In this document: positions 8,264 to 16,591 of the stretch, in pieces | Layout of the letters: the number at the start of each line of letters is the position of its first letter | Position numbering within the stretch: position 1 is the stretch's first letter | Source of the DNA: a virus | Strand: one strand, 5' to 3' | IMG/VR virus record: IMGVR_UViG_3300045988_074608 | DNA length: 64,000 nt | The notes under the pieces: generated by a model | Database searches by the model: none | What the model saw: the letters and a program-made list of their open reading frames with translations, nothing else | What the model was told of the DNA's origin: nothing | Translations under genes and position numbers: made by a program

Positions 8264-8387
8264 TGAAATCGTTTGAGTATGAGTTAATTATGTAGGACGA
8301 GGGTTCGAATCCCTCCACGTCCACTCTTATTTATATATAAGGGCGTGACCGGTTTTGACTGCATAAGGAAGTAAATACGAGATTTCA
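8264..8387 (+). ncRNA. circularly permuted tmRNA-like tRNA-like domain plus helix-2-like stem
   Basis: 3' half first: TTATGTA-GGAC-GAGGG-TTCGAAT-CCCTC-CACGTCC-A (8288-8323). A 17-nt linker follows, then the 5' half GGGCGTG-ACCGGTTTTGAC-TGCATAA (8341-8366). The acceptor pairs 7/7 with G8343:T8320 as G3:U70. Flanks pair 8288-8294/8360-8366, 8277-8280/8375-8378 and 8264-8270/8381-8387. Confidence 0.5.
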
Positions 8388-8481
8388 AAAATCGATAAAT
8401 CAGAACAATAACATTGTTGACTATACTCACGTAGCGTGAGTATAAGTCCCGACAATTCCTTGAGTCGGTTGGAAGAATAGG

Positions 8482-8979
8482 ATGGTTGGAGAAGTACTAA
8501 TAATTGGAGTTGTAGGGTTCGAATCCCTACTTCTCCTCAAAAAATTCATAGATATGAGAGGATATAAAGCTATGATTAAAGACAGACTTGTACCAACCTG
8601 GGAGTTAGCACTATTGTGGTGCAAAGCTAAAACTCGTTGGGTTGATACAGTATACAACTGTCATATAAAGAAATTAGGAAACAATAAACAGTTGAAAAAA
8701 GAAACTGTATTATTTGTAACAGGACATAGAAACAAAAATGGAGTTTATTGCAACTTCATGAATACTATTACAAATGATGATTGTTTCAAAGCTAACAATC
8801 CGGAAGAATGGGCATATTGGAATAGCGTATATAATTGGGTGAAATGGTTTTCATCCGAAATGCAGGTAATGAAAGATGATTTGATTACAAAATCTAAATC
8901 TGAATTCCAATCACTTTTTTATGTAAATGATGATTTATATAGATTTTTAAAACGAAATATTCATTTGTACGCATCATGA
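8482..8979 (+). CDS. hypothetical protein; probable start at ATG 8554
   Basis: The first 24 codons of the tracked ORF overlie the tRNA-like element, so MRGYKAM.. (8554) is the more likely start. Confidence 0.5.
   Translation: MVGEVLIIGVVGFESLLLLKKFIDMRGYKAMIKDRLVPTWELALLWCKAKTRWVDTVYNCHIKKLGNNKQLKKETVLFVTGHRNKNGVYCNFMNTITNDDCFKANNPEEWAYWNSVYNWVKWFSSEMQVMKDDLITKSKSEFQSLFYVNDDLYRFLKRNIHLYAS
8488..8536 (+). ncRNA. tRNA-like acceptor/T-arm minihelix (M1)
   Basis: GGAGAAG-[18 nt]-TAGGG-TTCGAAT-CCCTA-CTTCTCC: a perfect 7-bp acceptor-like stem and a canonical T loop. Too short for a cloverleaf. It ends 17 nt before ATG 8554. Confidence 0.5.
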
Positions 8980-9410
8980 AACAAAAAGGTTTTCCAGAAA
9001 CACCCGGGTTGTACATAGCTCAACGCGAGTACGATGTAGTCTTATTAAAGATTACCGGAATGTATCCAACTTTACAGGTTGGAAAATGTGTGTATCTATC
9101 AGCAATGATAGGTGGTAATACAATCAAAGAAGCTCCAAAAGAAATTGTTGAGAATATTATATTGTTCAGCAAAAACTGGGAGTTTTCAAAGATTGAAAGT
9201 ATTGATACGCGTGTATTTCCCAAAACAGCGTTTAAAGTCAATGGGAACTTGGATCTTGGTACAGACGAAAGGTTATCTTTACGTAATACGTATTATCGTT
9301 TTGTACAAAGTGGAGTTTCATCGAGCAAGATTATTCGTGCATTAATGTACGAATACCATGTAACTATGGAGCAAGTAATATCATTAATAAATGAATTTGA
9401 TGCATGTTAG
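8976..9410 (+). CDS. hypothetical protein (144 aa)
   Basis: ATGA overlap upstream. Ends on TAG (9408-9410). Confidence 0.55.
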   Translation: MKQKGFPETPGLYIAQREYDVVLLKITGMYPTLQVGKCVYLSAMIGGNTIKEAPKEIVENIILFSKNWEFSKIESIDTRVFPKTAFKVNGNLDLGTDERLSLRNTYYRFVQSGVSSSKIIRALMYEYHVTMEQVISLINEFDAC

Positions 9411-9781
9411 TTACAGGACCGTTCTCAAGTTATCTGAACCAAGATACACTAAAAAAGAAGTACGACGTATTGCGAAAGATAGAATGGGCTTATAAATATG
9501 ACATATACAATAGTTCTGCCATAATAAGTCCATTCCCAAAGCAAATATGTATAACCAATAAAGAACTTCGAATTTGGTTAAACTGGGTAAATAGAAATAT
9601 TGTACTCAGACTTGGTTTAGATTATGAAATGACAATCCGTATTAAAATGAGGATAGCATCGGGAATGTTATCTAAAATAAAATCTCTTACTAATATAAAC
9701 AAATTACAAATATTTGCAAATATGATAGAGAATGTTAATACGGAAATTCAAATAATGACAGTAGAAGATCTACCGTTTTAA
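9404..9781 (+). CDS. hypothetical protein (125 aa)
   Basis: ATG overlaps the upstream stop. Confidence 0.5.
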   Translation: MLVTGPFSSYLNQDTLKKKYDVLRKIEWAYKYDIYNSSAIISPFPKQICITNKELRIWLNWVNRNIVLRLGLDYEMTIRIKMRIASGMLSKIKSLTNINKLQIFANMIENVNTEIQIMTVEDLPF

Positions 9782-9789
9782 AATTATGT

Positions 9790-10350
9790 TTGATTATGAA
9801 TACACCCAAAATTACTCTAGAAGAAATTGGGATAATCAAAGATGCCAAAGCTGGTAAAGAATCAGCATTTAATTTGTTGTACCATAAATACAGAAGTTTT
9901 GTAATAGATTTATTAAATCAATACATAAAAGATATAGATGAGTCTAAAGACTTATCTAATCTTGTATTTCTAAAGGTACATCAAAAACTCTCGAAATTCA
10001 AAGACTATCATTCATTTGGAGGATGGTTGAGAATACTAACAAAAAACACTGCCATTGATTATCTAAGGACATTGAAAGATAAAACAATATCTATAGATGA
10101 TCAAGAAAACGGAATACAATTATCGGATATCGGAGATATTGTTGATGAAAATGTTTCTATGACATATGATATGTTAATAGGAATGCTTGGTAAACAAACA
10201 GAAACCAATAGAAAAATCATCAAATTGTATTACGAAGAAGGAATGACAGTATTACAAATCAGTAAAGCGATAAATGTGCCAGTGGGAACTATAAAGTCAT
10301 ATCTGCACAGAATTCGTAATAACCTCAAAAAACAATTAAAACTATGTTAA
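9790..10350 (+). CDS. ECF-type sigma-70 family RNA polymerase sigma factor
   Basis: Region-2-like FNLLYHKYRSFVIDLL...FGGWLRILTKNTAIDYLR and region-4 HTH-like YYEEGMTVLQISKAINVPVGTIKSYLHRIRNNLK. The likely ATG is at 9796. Confidence 0.75.
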   Translation: MIMNTPKITLEEIGIIKDAKAGKESAFNLLYHKYRSFVIDLLNQYIKDIDESKDLSNLVFLKVHQKLSKFKDYHSFGGWLRILTKNTAIDYLRTLKDKTISIDDQENGIQLSDIGDIVDENVSMTYDMLIGMLGKQTETNRKIIKLYYEEGMTVLQISKAINVPVGTIKSYLHRIRNNLKKQLKLC

Positions 10351-10712
10351 ATCTTCTAACATTTATCATTGGAATAATTGGTATATTTCTTATTGCTCGA
10401 TACAATAAGAGTAACAAATTGTTCTGGCTACTAGTCATCTCAATGATGTCTGGTTTCATTGGTGGCACAATTGCAGCCAATATGAAGAGTGATAAGAAGA
10501 GTAACGTAGAGTATGTTTCACAGAACATGACGCCTTGCAGTATGCCCGCTGCAACATTCTTACCAGTAAATGGTGAGTATAAGGTAGTTCCGACTGTAGA
10601 AACATCAGTTGTAGCTTATGTTACAACATCTACCAAAACTCTTCTTAAAAAACCAAATTTTACAACTATTTATCATGAAGGATTAAGTCCCTTCATCTTT
10701 GACTCATCTTGA
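10344..10712 (+). CDS. two-helix membrane protein, possible anti-sigma partner
   Basis: Overlaps the sigma gene stop (ATGTTAA). Two N-terminal hydrophobic helices. The anti-sigma role rests on position only. Confidence 0.35.
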   Translation: MLNLLTFIIGIIGIFLIARYNKSNKLFWLLVISMMSGFIGGTIAANMKSDKKSNVEYVSQNMTPCSMPAATFLPVNGEYKVVPTVETSVVAYVTTSTKTLLKKPNFTTIYHEGLSPFIFDSS

Positions 10713-10781
10713 ATATTTAATTCGATTCCAGGATAAGTTAATTTCTTTTAATAAAATAACCCTTTAATAATTATCAAAATT

Positions 10782-12218
10782 ATGGCAAAGAAGAATAAAA
10801 ACATAACAACAAAGAGTACAAAGAAAAGTGTAAAACCAGTAGAAGCTCCTGTAGAGCAGGTAGTTGTAGAAACAGTAGAGGATACTAAAACTCCAAAGGA
10901 GAAGCCGGAAGAGAAGATTAATCCTACAAACATCACAACGAAGAATATGGTCGGTAGAGTAAATTCATCGCTCGATGCTAATCATCGCGTTGATTTGCTT
11001 AATCTTGCAGACGATATCTTCCGCAAAGACCCAGATGCGGAGAGAAAGTTTACACTTGAAATTCGTGATAGTGTAAACGCAATTGTGGCAGCGGGAGTAG
11101 TTGCAGCACTTGCAGACGAGTCTGTATATGGCACATCAACATTCTCAGCAGTGTTGAATCACGCCATGTATCCGCAGCTTGTTATAGCAGCTAAGGAGAT
11201 GGGAGTTACACTTCCAAATGTGAAAGCTCTTCCTGTAAATGAAAAGGACGAGGTTATCGTTGAAAGTGACAAAATCAAGGTATCGAAAGATGCTAAGAAG
11301 AAGTTACAGGAGGAGCATGCGATAGAAGACAAGAAACCCGAACTCGATCCTGTAAAGGTGGCAGATATGGGTGAAGAAGCTTTGAAGGAGGCTCTTCAAT
11401 ATCTTCTGATTGTTGGTCCTAAGAAGACTAACATCAAGAATACGCTTGTAAGTGTTGTTGATTTCATGCGTACATATCGTATGACAATGGCAGACAAGGC
11501 TGAGAATGTAGCTGAAGCAAAGCTGAAGTATGACGGATATACAGTGGATAAGTGGTTGATGGACGCATTCAGCTACGTTAAGCCTACTTTTCTTCTTCAT
11601 GGGATTGGACGTGGTCTTATCACCATGGCGTCTCTCGCAAAGAGTCCTGTATCCTCATTCTGTATTCTCAGAAGGACTCTTACAGACCCTGAGACAAACA
11701 AGCCAGTATGGGATGATCAGTCTATTGCGGACGCAGTAAAGGCTATCATTTATCTTGTAGCAAATAACGCTATTACAGATGAGCAAAAGAATCTCGACGC
11801 TCTCGATAAGAAAGCTAAGGATTATAAAGAGGTGTCTGAGAAATATAAGAACTCAATAGACCATTATAAGAAGATTCTTGAGTATGTCTCAAATCCGGAT
11901 TTTGATGTGATAAACACCATGATCCAGAAGATGGATGACGAAAAGGATCCTACTGCGACGAAGCTCTTCAACTACGTAAAGGATCAGTATTATCCTAACG
12001 TGGCACGTGGCGGATATAAGAATCTTGATTACGATGTAGTTCAGCGTGCAGGTATTATTACCAACATGTTTATAACAGAGGCAGATCGCAACGAGGACTA
12101 TAACGAAGTAAACATTCAAGAGCTTGTAGCCTATACGACTGAAGAGATCAAAGAAATGTGTGAAGCTGAAGCAAAAGCCAAAGCAGAAGCTAAGAAAGAA
12201 GAGTCAAAAAACGCATAA
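10782..12218 (+). CDS. hypothetical protein (478 aa) with Lys-rich N terminus, probably abundant
   Basis: Has the conserved ATTATCAAAAT-ATG leader and a long clean ORF, followed by a 12-bp-stem structure. I recognise no catalytic motif. Confidence 0.65.
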   Translation: MAKKNKNITTKSTKKSVKPVEAPVEQVVVETVEDTKTPKEKPEEKINPTNITTKNMVGRVNSSLDANHRVDLLNLADDIFRKDPDAERKFTLEIRDSVNAIVAAGVVAALADESVYGTSTFSAVLNHAMYPQLVIAAKEMGVTLPNVKALPVNEKDEVIVESDKIKVSKDAKKKLQEEHAIEDKKPELDPVKVADMGEEALKEALQYLLIVGPKKTNIKNTLVSVVDFMRTYRMTMADKAENVAEAKLKYDGYTVDKWLMDAFSYVKPTFLLHGIGRGLITMASLAKSPVSSFCILRRTLTDPETNKPVWDDQSIADAVKAIIYLVANNAITDEQKNLDALDKKAKDYKEVSEKYKNSIDHYKKILEYVSNPDFDVINTMIQKMDDEKDPTATKLFNYVKDQYYPNVARGGYKNLDYDVVQRAGIITNMFITEADRNEDYNEVNIQELVAYTTEEIKEMCEAEAKAKAEAKKEESKNA

Positions 12219-12270
12219 AGGAGTTACGATTAATTCGTAAAAAACGACATATACAGTTGGTAATTGACGA

Positions 12271-12321
12271 TGTAAAAGATTCATGTAAGAGATTCGCGAG
12301 CTCTGTAAAGAATCTTTTACA
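12271..12321 (+). other. long-stem structure after ORF 10782-12218
   Basis: TGTAAAAGATTC ... GAATCTTTTACA (12 bp) encloses 27 nt. No T-run follows. Confidence 0.45.
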
Positions 12322-12395
12322 CGTTGAACTAACTCCTCAAGGAACTCCAAAGTTCGGTCGTAACTCCTAGTAAATAACTTCAAAACATTATCAAA

Positions 12396-12557
12396 ATGTC
12401 AGAAATTCATATAGGCAGCTATAAAAAGCTTAGAAAAGTAATTAATCGTTTAAACAGTGATGGGTATTCACATAACTTGCGTAAAAACATGCGAGTTCCT
12501 AGACACAACGGAATAACCGTTATTGTCGATCACGATAAAAAAGAAGCTGTCGCTTAA
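12396..12557 (+). CDS. small basic protein (53 aa, below the ORF-track cutoff)
   Basis: ATG preceded by AAAACATTATCAAAATG, the same leader as neighbouring genes. My translation is MSEIHIGSYKKLRKV..., ending on TAA. Confidence 0.45.
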   Translation: MSEIHIGSYKKLRKVINRLNSDGYSHNLRKNMRVPRHNGITVIVDHDKKEAVA

Positions 12558-12577
12558 ACTTTAAAAACATTATCAAA

Positions 12578-12979
12578 ATGAAAAAGTTAACAACTATCAT
12601 TTCGTGCTCAATGCTACTAATATATGGATTATTAGTGGGTATAAATAATAGAGCAGATCCTGGTGCAACAGCATATGCTGCGCCAGCGGCACCAGTAATA
12701 GGTGCATTGCCATATGATTTCCAACAGAGTCATATGAAACGTGATACTGTCTATATTACAAAAGACAGTGTGGTGTGCAACTATAAAGAGAGAATAAAAG
12801 AGGTAAAAGTACCATATGCAGTACATGACACGTTGTATGTGCCAGTATTGTATATAGCTTCACCCAAGGTTCGTGAGGAGCAAACCTGTGGTAACTCTCA
12901 ATCCGAGTATATCGTAAGGAAAGCTAGCCCTGAAGATATCGACCACAAAACGACATTCACTCCGGGAGAGAATAGCTAA
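12578..12979 (+). CDS. secreted/exported protein (133 aa)
   Basis: N-terminal signal-like hydrophobic segment and the same conserved leader. Confidence 0.55.
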   Translation: MKKLTTIISCSMLLIYGLLVGINNRADPGATAYAAPAAPVIGALPYDFQQSHMKRDTVYITKDSVVCNYKERIKEVKVPYAVHDTLYVPVLYIASPKVREEQTCGNSQSEYIVRKASPEDIDHKTTFTPGENS

Positions 12980-15034
12980 GGCTATTCAGTCGTAGACATC
13001 TCCGTCAGTACTTATAGTGGGTCTCATTAGCCCATGTACGAAAGAAACTTGATCCGAGAATATGTTAACCTTCTCAAAAGGCGAGATTACTCAAAAGGTA
13101 GGATGAAATGTATTATATGTGAAAAGTATAATATAAGTGGGGAGAGCGTTGTATTAACCCCAACAGCGTTATTGAGAACCGTCTGGCGAATAATGGCTTA
13201 GGAAGACGCGTAAGTCTCAAGAAGAGCAAAACAATCCAGTAGCTAATACTCCTTGTAGTTTTGATGTAGACTACATTGGTAACTGAATACAAGTGTTGAA
13301 ACATATGAAATTCCAAACTTCATATGATACATCATTGCTTAATCTAGTGTTCCACAGCTCCAAACTGTGTATGAAGGGATGAAAATTTTATTAGGGTGTA
13401 AGATAGGATAGAGAAGGACTTAGCAGGTAGTGTGTGAGTCAGATCATACTATTGTCAGTTAGGCTAAGCTACGCAGTAAACGTAGTGTCCAGGGATAAAT
13501 CTGTGCCGTTCGATTCGGCAGCCTTTTGAGCCAAAGAAGGGTCCAGGGATGCAGTAAAGAGTTGAGGCTGAGAAAACTATCTGCTTACAATGAGATAAGA
13601 CCGCCAGGCTTTGGTCGTTTATGCGGTATATAAAAGTAAAATGACTAGATACGTGAAGCAAACTGTATAGCTCCCAGAGTCAGCGTTCATAGGACTGAGG
13701 GCAGGATTATAGTATAAGACATTAGCAATCTTATATTATATGAAATGTGGAATAAAGGTGATTACTTGACAATCAAAAACCACCATTTCGTATTTTATGG
13801 TTTAACATTAAATGCACATTTATAATATAAGCATAACACTCCAGTTATAACCTGAAAATTATAAATGCCTATAAAACATTTACAAGATTAGTATATACAT
13901 ATTCAATATAACATATAATATCTATTATCCTCTATATAAAGAAAAAGAACCATTTGGAATAATGATAGTTATTATATATAATAATAGTGCATATGTTATG
14001 AGTATAAGTAAATATACAAAATCGAGTATTGTAAGGTGTAGGAAAGAAGCTACATATTAAGTTCTAAGATAACATTTATTAACAAAAATTGATGTCCTCC
14101 GTATGGGAACTATACTTCTGTTGTAAAGAAGACCCCTCACGGAAAGTTCGAGTGCCAACCGTTATGATAACCAGTGTAAAGTATACATCCGCAAGTGTAT
14201 ATGTATAGCTAAAGGTAGAATCAATACAGAAAACATAGTAGGCAGCATATTATTAAAATGAGAAATCATACTAGCAGTGCAAAAGCGTATGCCTGTGGGA
14301 CGAACCCACCACGGTCTACACTGTCTCTGTAGGGCGTGAAAATAATATGTGGGTGATAACATGTAAATATGTACAGGGTTGAAATCCCTAATATTCGCGC
14401 ACTATAAACAAACGAGGTTTTTAGCAAGGTTTTCCATCGAATAACCACCGTAGAGTCGTAGATACCCCCTGAAGGCTAGACTGTCCGATAATGAAACGTT
14501 ACTATTGATTATTCTACTCACGTTTAAAAGGAAGAATAGTGGTTGATGCGCCTAAACAGTATCGTAAGACTGTACAGCATCGGGAGAATGTGTTTGTTGT
14601 TATTGGGAAATACACGACCAAGACATTCTCTATTTTATTTTTTTTTGTTGGATAATACACATTATCTCAGCCAATGAACCCTCCGCGATTCCTGAAACAT
14701 CAGAGCGTTGGACGGATGGTGTGTATAAACTTTATTTCAAAAAATCTAGTTTTACTCTAAAAGATTTAGTATGTGATGTACAAAAGGTCATTCAAAGCTT
14801 TCCTATAGAGATATAGGGTTAGTTGTATATACTCATAAGAGGCTAAGCTGTTTCTACCGTTGAAACCCTCTTATGATGACTTACACGGAAAAGCGGTCAA
14901 AAAAAATAAATTGACACCTTTATTTATAAATCTTGAGTATAAAAACTTTAAAGCTTTCTCCGAGCTGAGAGGAGAATAAATATATAATTTATCGTGGGTG
15001 TAATCAAACACGATATCAAATAGGATAAATTATT
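12980..15034. other. 2-kb ORF-free region: two GC-richer hairpin-dense flanks around an AT-rich core
   Basis: No + strand ORF of 60 aa or more. The - strand ORFs are short and overlapping. T-arm-like hairpin TGCCG-TTCGATT-CGGCA at 13504-13520; AT-rich core at about 13740-14060. Confidence 0.6.
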
Positions 15035-15643
15035 ATGGACAATAACAATGTAAATATCAATGTAAGATTAGTGGAAGACAACCGAGTAAATATCAGCAGT
15101 TTTGGTTCGCTTTATGGTAAGCGAATCTTTAAAGCAGTCAAGCTCTCATGTGATCTTGACTTCCAAAAGCGTCTCCGTGATGCAAACGAGAATAACGGAC
15201 TTGTAACTAACCGTGCTCCACAGCGTTATAAGATTGTACCTATTGATATAGTAGGTCTCGATCTTGACAAGGACGTTGACGGAACTAATGTAGTTGTGAT
15301 CAATAAGGGTCGCAAAGACGAGGCTGGCGAGTCTATTGAGGTTCGTTGTCCGATTGACAACGAGAAGTTCACAAAGGATGTTACAACTGAGACTGTAACA
15401 GACGCGTTGAACAAGAAGGATTTTATGACTACATACTTCGCAAACGCAAAGAAGCTTGCTGAGGCATTGAATCCTGCAAATGCAACAGAGATGAACCGTA
15501 TCGATGCTCTCATTCGAGATCTTGAGAAGCAGCGTAAGATGATCCAGGATACATTCGATAAGAATATTTCTGGTGTAAATGATTACTATCGTCAACTCGA
15601 CCAGAAGAAGGGCGAGGTGCGTGTAAATGTAACAGTTGACTAA
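15035..15643 (+). CDS. hypothetical protein (202 aa)
   Basis: Long ATG ORF. The antisense ORFs over it look spurious. Confidence 0.6.
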   Translation: MDNNNVNINVRLVEDNRVNISSFGSLYGKRIFKAVKLSCDLDFQKRLRDANENNGLVTNRAPQRYKIVPIDIVGLDLDKDVDGTNVVVINKGRKDEAGESIEVRCPIDNEKFTKDVTTETVTDALNKKDFMTTYFANAKKLAEALNPANATEMNRIDALIRDLEKQRKMIQDTFDKNISGVNDYYRQLDQKKGEVRVNVTVD

Positions 15644-16170
15644 TGAAAAAGATTAGCCTTAAAAGCAAACTGCAAATACAGATTCTTTTTTTGGACCCAA
15701 CAATCAAACGGAACCTGATTGATGAGTCTAAAAAAGAATTATATAGTCGAATTACTATTAATGATGACGGATCTATCACTTTTGGAAAGACAGGGTGTCT
15801 TTGGTGGAATCGTCTTCTTGGTGATGAAATGACTATATCTTTTGCAGATTTTGCGATTAAAACTGTAGCAGCTCTTGCAGGACAAGAACGTAATATCAAC
15901 GATGTGATACTCAAAGGCTTGAGTGAGGAGGTAATACGTAATGCTGTAATGCAAGATAAATACGACATGGTAGTCGATCGTTTGTTTGATGCCGCAAGGT
16001 ATGGTGTTAAAGGTCCTCTAAATACTGAGGGCTTCTCTGTAAGTGATAAAATAGATAAACACATTAAAATTGAAACCAAGGATGGTATACGAGTAGCACG
16101 TTTGCCGGGATCAGGCGATCCCTTGTGTGAAATCAAAATTGGTGTAAAAGGTGTTGATTTTTACGAATAG
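15643..16170 (+). CDS. hypothetical protein (175 aa)
   Basis: TAATG junction upstream. Ends on TAG (16168-16170). Confidence 0.55.
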   Translation: MKKISLKSKLQIQILFLDPTIKRNLIDESKKELYSRITINDDGSITFGKTGCLWWNRLLGDEMTISFADFAIKTVAALAGQERNINDVILKGLSEEVIRNAVMQDKYDMVVDRLFDAARYGVKGPLNTEGFSVSDKIDKHIKIETKDGIRVARLPGSGDPLCEIKIGVKGVDFYE

Positions 16171-16269
16171 TTATATTTTGTAGGTTAAACAGGCGTTTGA
16201 TTACAAATCTTACATACTATTATATATATTCACTTTAGTGTTGGGGCACATAGTACCCCGACTCAATTA

Positions 16270-16353
16270 ACCTTCATGGCGGAATTGGTAGACGCTTTGG
16301 ACTTAAAATCCAATGACCATACGGTCGTGCGGGTTCGATCCCCGCTGGAGGTA
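16270..16353 (+). tRNA. tRNA-Leu (anticodon UAA), class II
   Basis: Acceptor ACCTTCA/TGGAGGT (one G:U), D arm GCG-GAATTGGTAGA-CGC, anticodon arm TTGGA-CTTAAAA-TCCAA, long variable arm, T arm GCGGG-TTCGATC-CCCGC. Confidence 0.85.
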
Positions 16354-16413
16354 CAATGTTTTTAGGATAACATTATTATTTATTGTTACTATTTATTATT
16401 TTGTTGAGTTTGT

Positions 16414-16443
16414 GACTCTTCGGTTTGTGAAAATAGAAGAGTC
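16414..16443 (+). other. GNRA-capped conserved hairpin, copy 5
   Basis: GACTCTTC / GG-TTT-GTGA-AAA-TA / GAAGAGTC, 60 nt after tRNA-Leu. Confidence 0.6.
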
Positions 16444-16447
16444 TTTA

Positions 16448-16531
16448 CGGTGTGTTACAACAACCAAATAATCATTTGTTTACTATTTCTCAATCTTGTA
16501 GGTAACATGAGGTGCAAGTCCTCACACACCG
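16448..16531 (+). ncRNA. aberrant tRNA-like element (M5)
   Basis: CGGTGTG ... TGAGG-TGCAAGT-CCTCA-CACACCG closes a 7-bp acceptor-like stem. Two internal hairpins have non-tRNA loop sizes. No readable anticodon. Confidence 0.35.
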
Positions 16532-16591
16532 ACTAGGTAAACGATTTTTTCAAATTCATATCAATATGTTTAATTTAAATCAAATCGAAAT

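Noticed and set aside
8288-8323. The tmRNA-like 3' half might be a phage attP copy of the host ssrA 3' end.
   Set aside because: A matching 5' half follows 17 nt later. Its acceptor strand is compensatory to this 3' half (GGGCGTG/CACGTCC) and the helix-2-like flanks pair. No integrase is present in the window.
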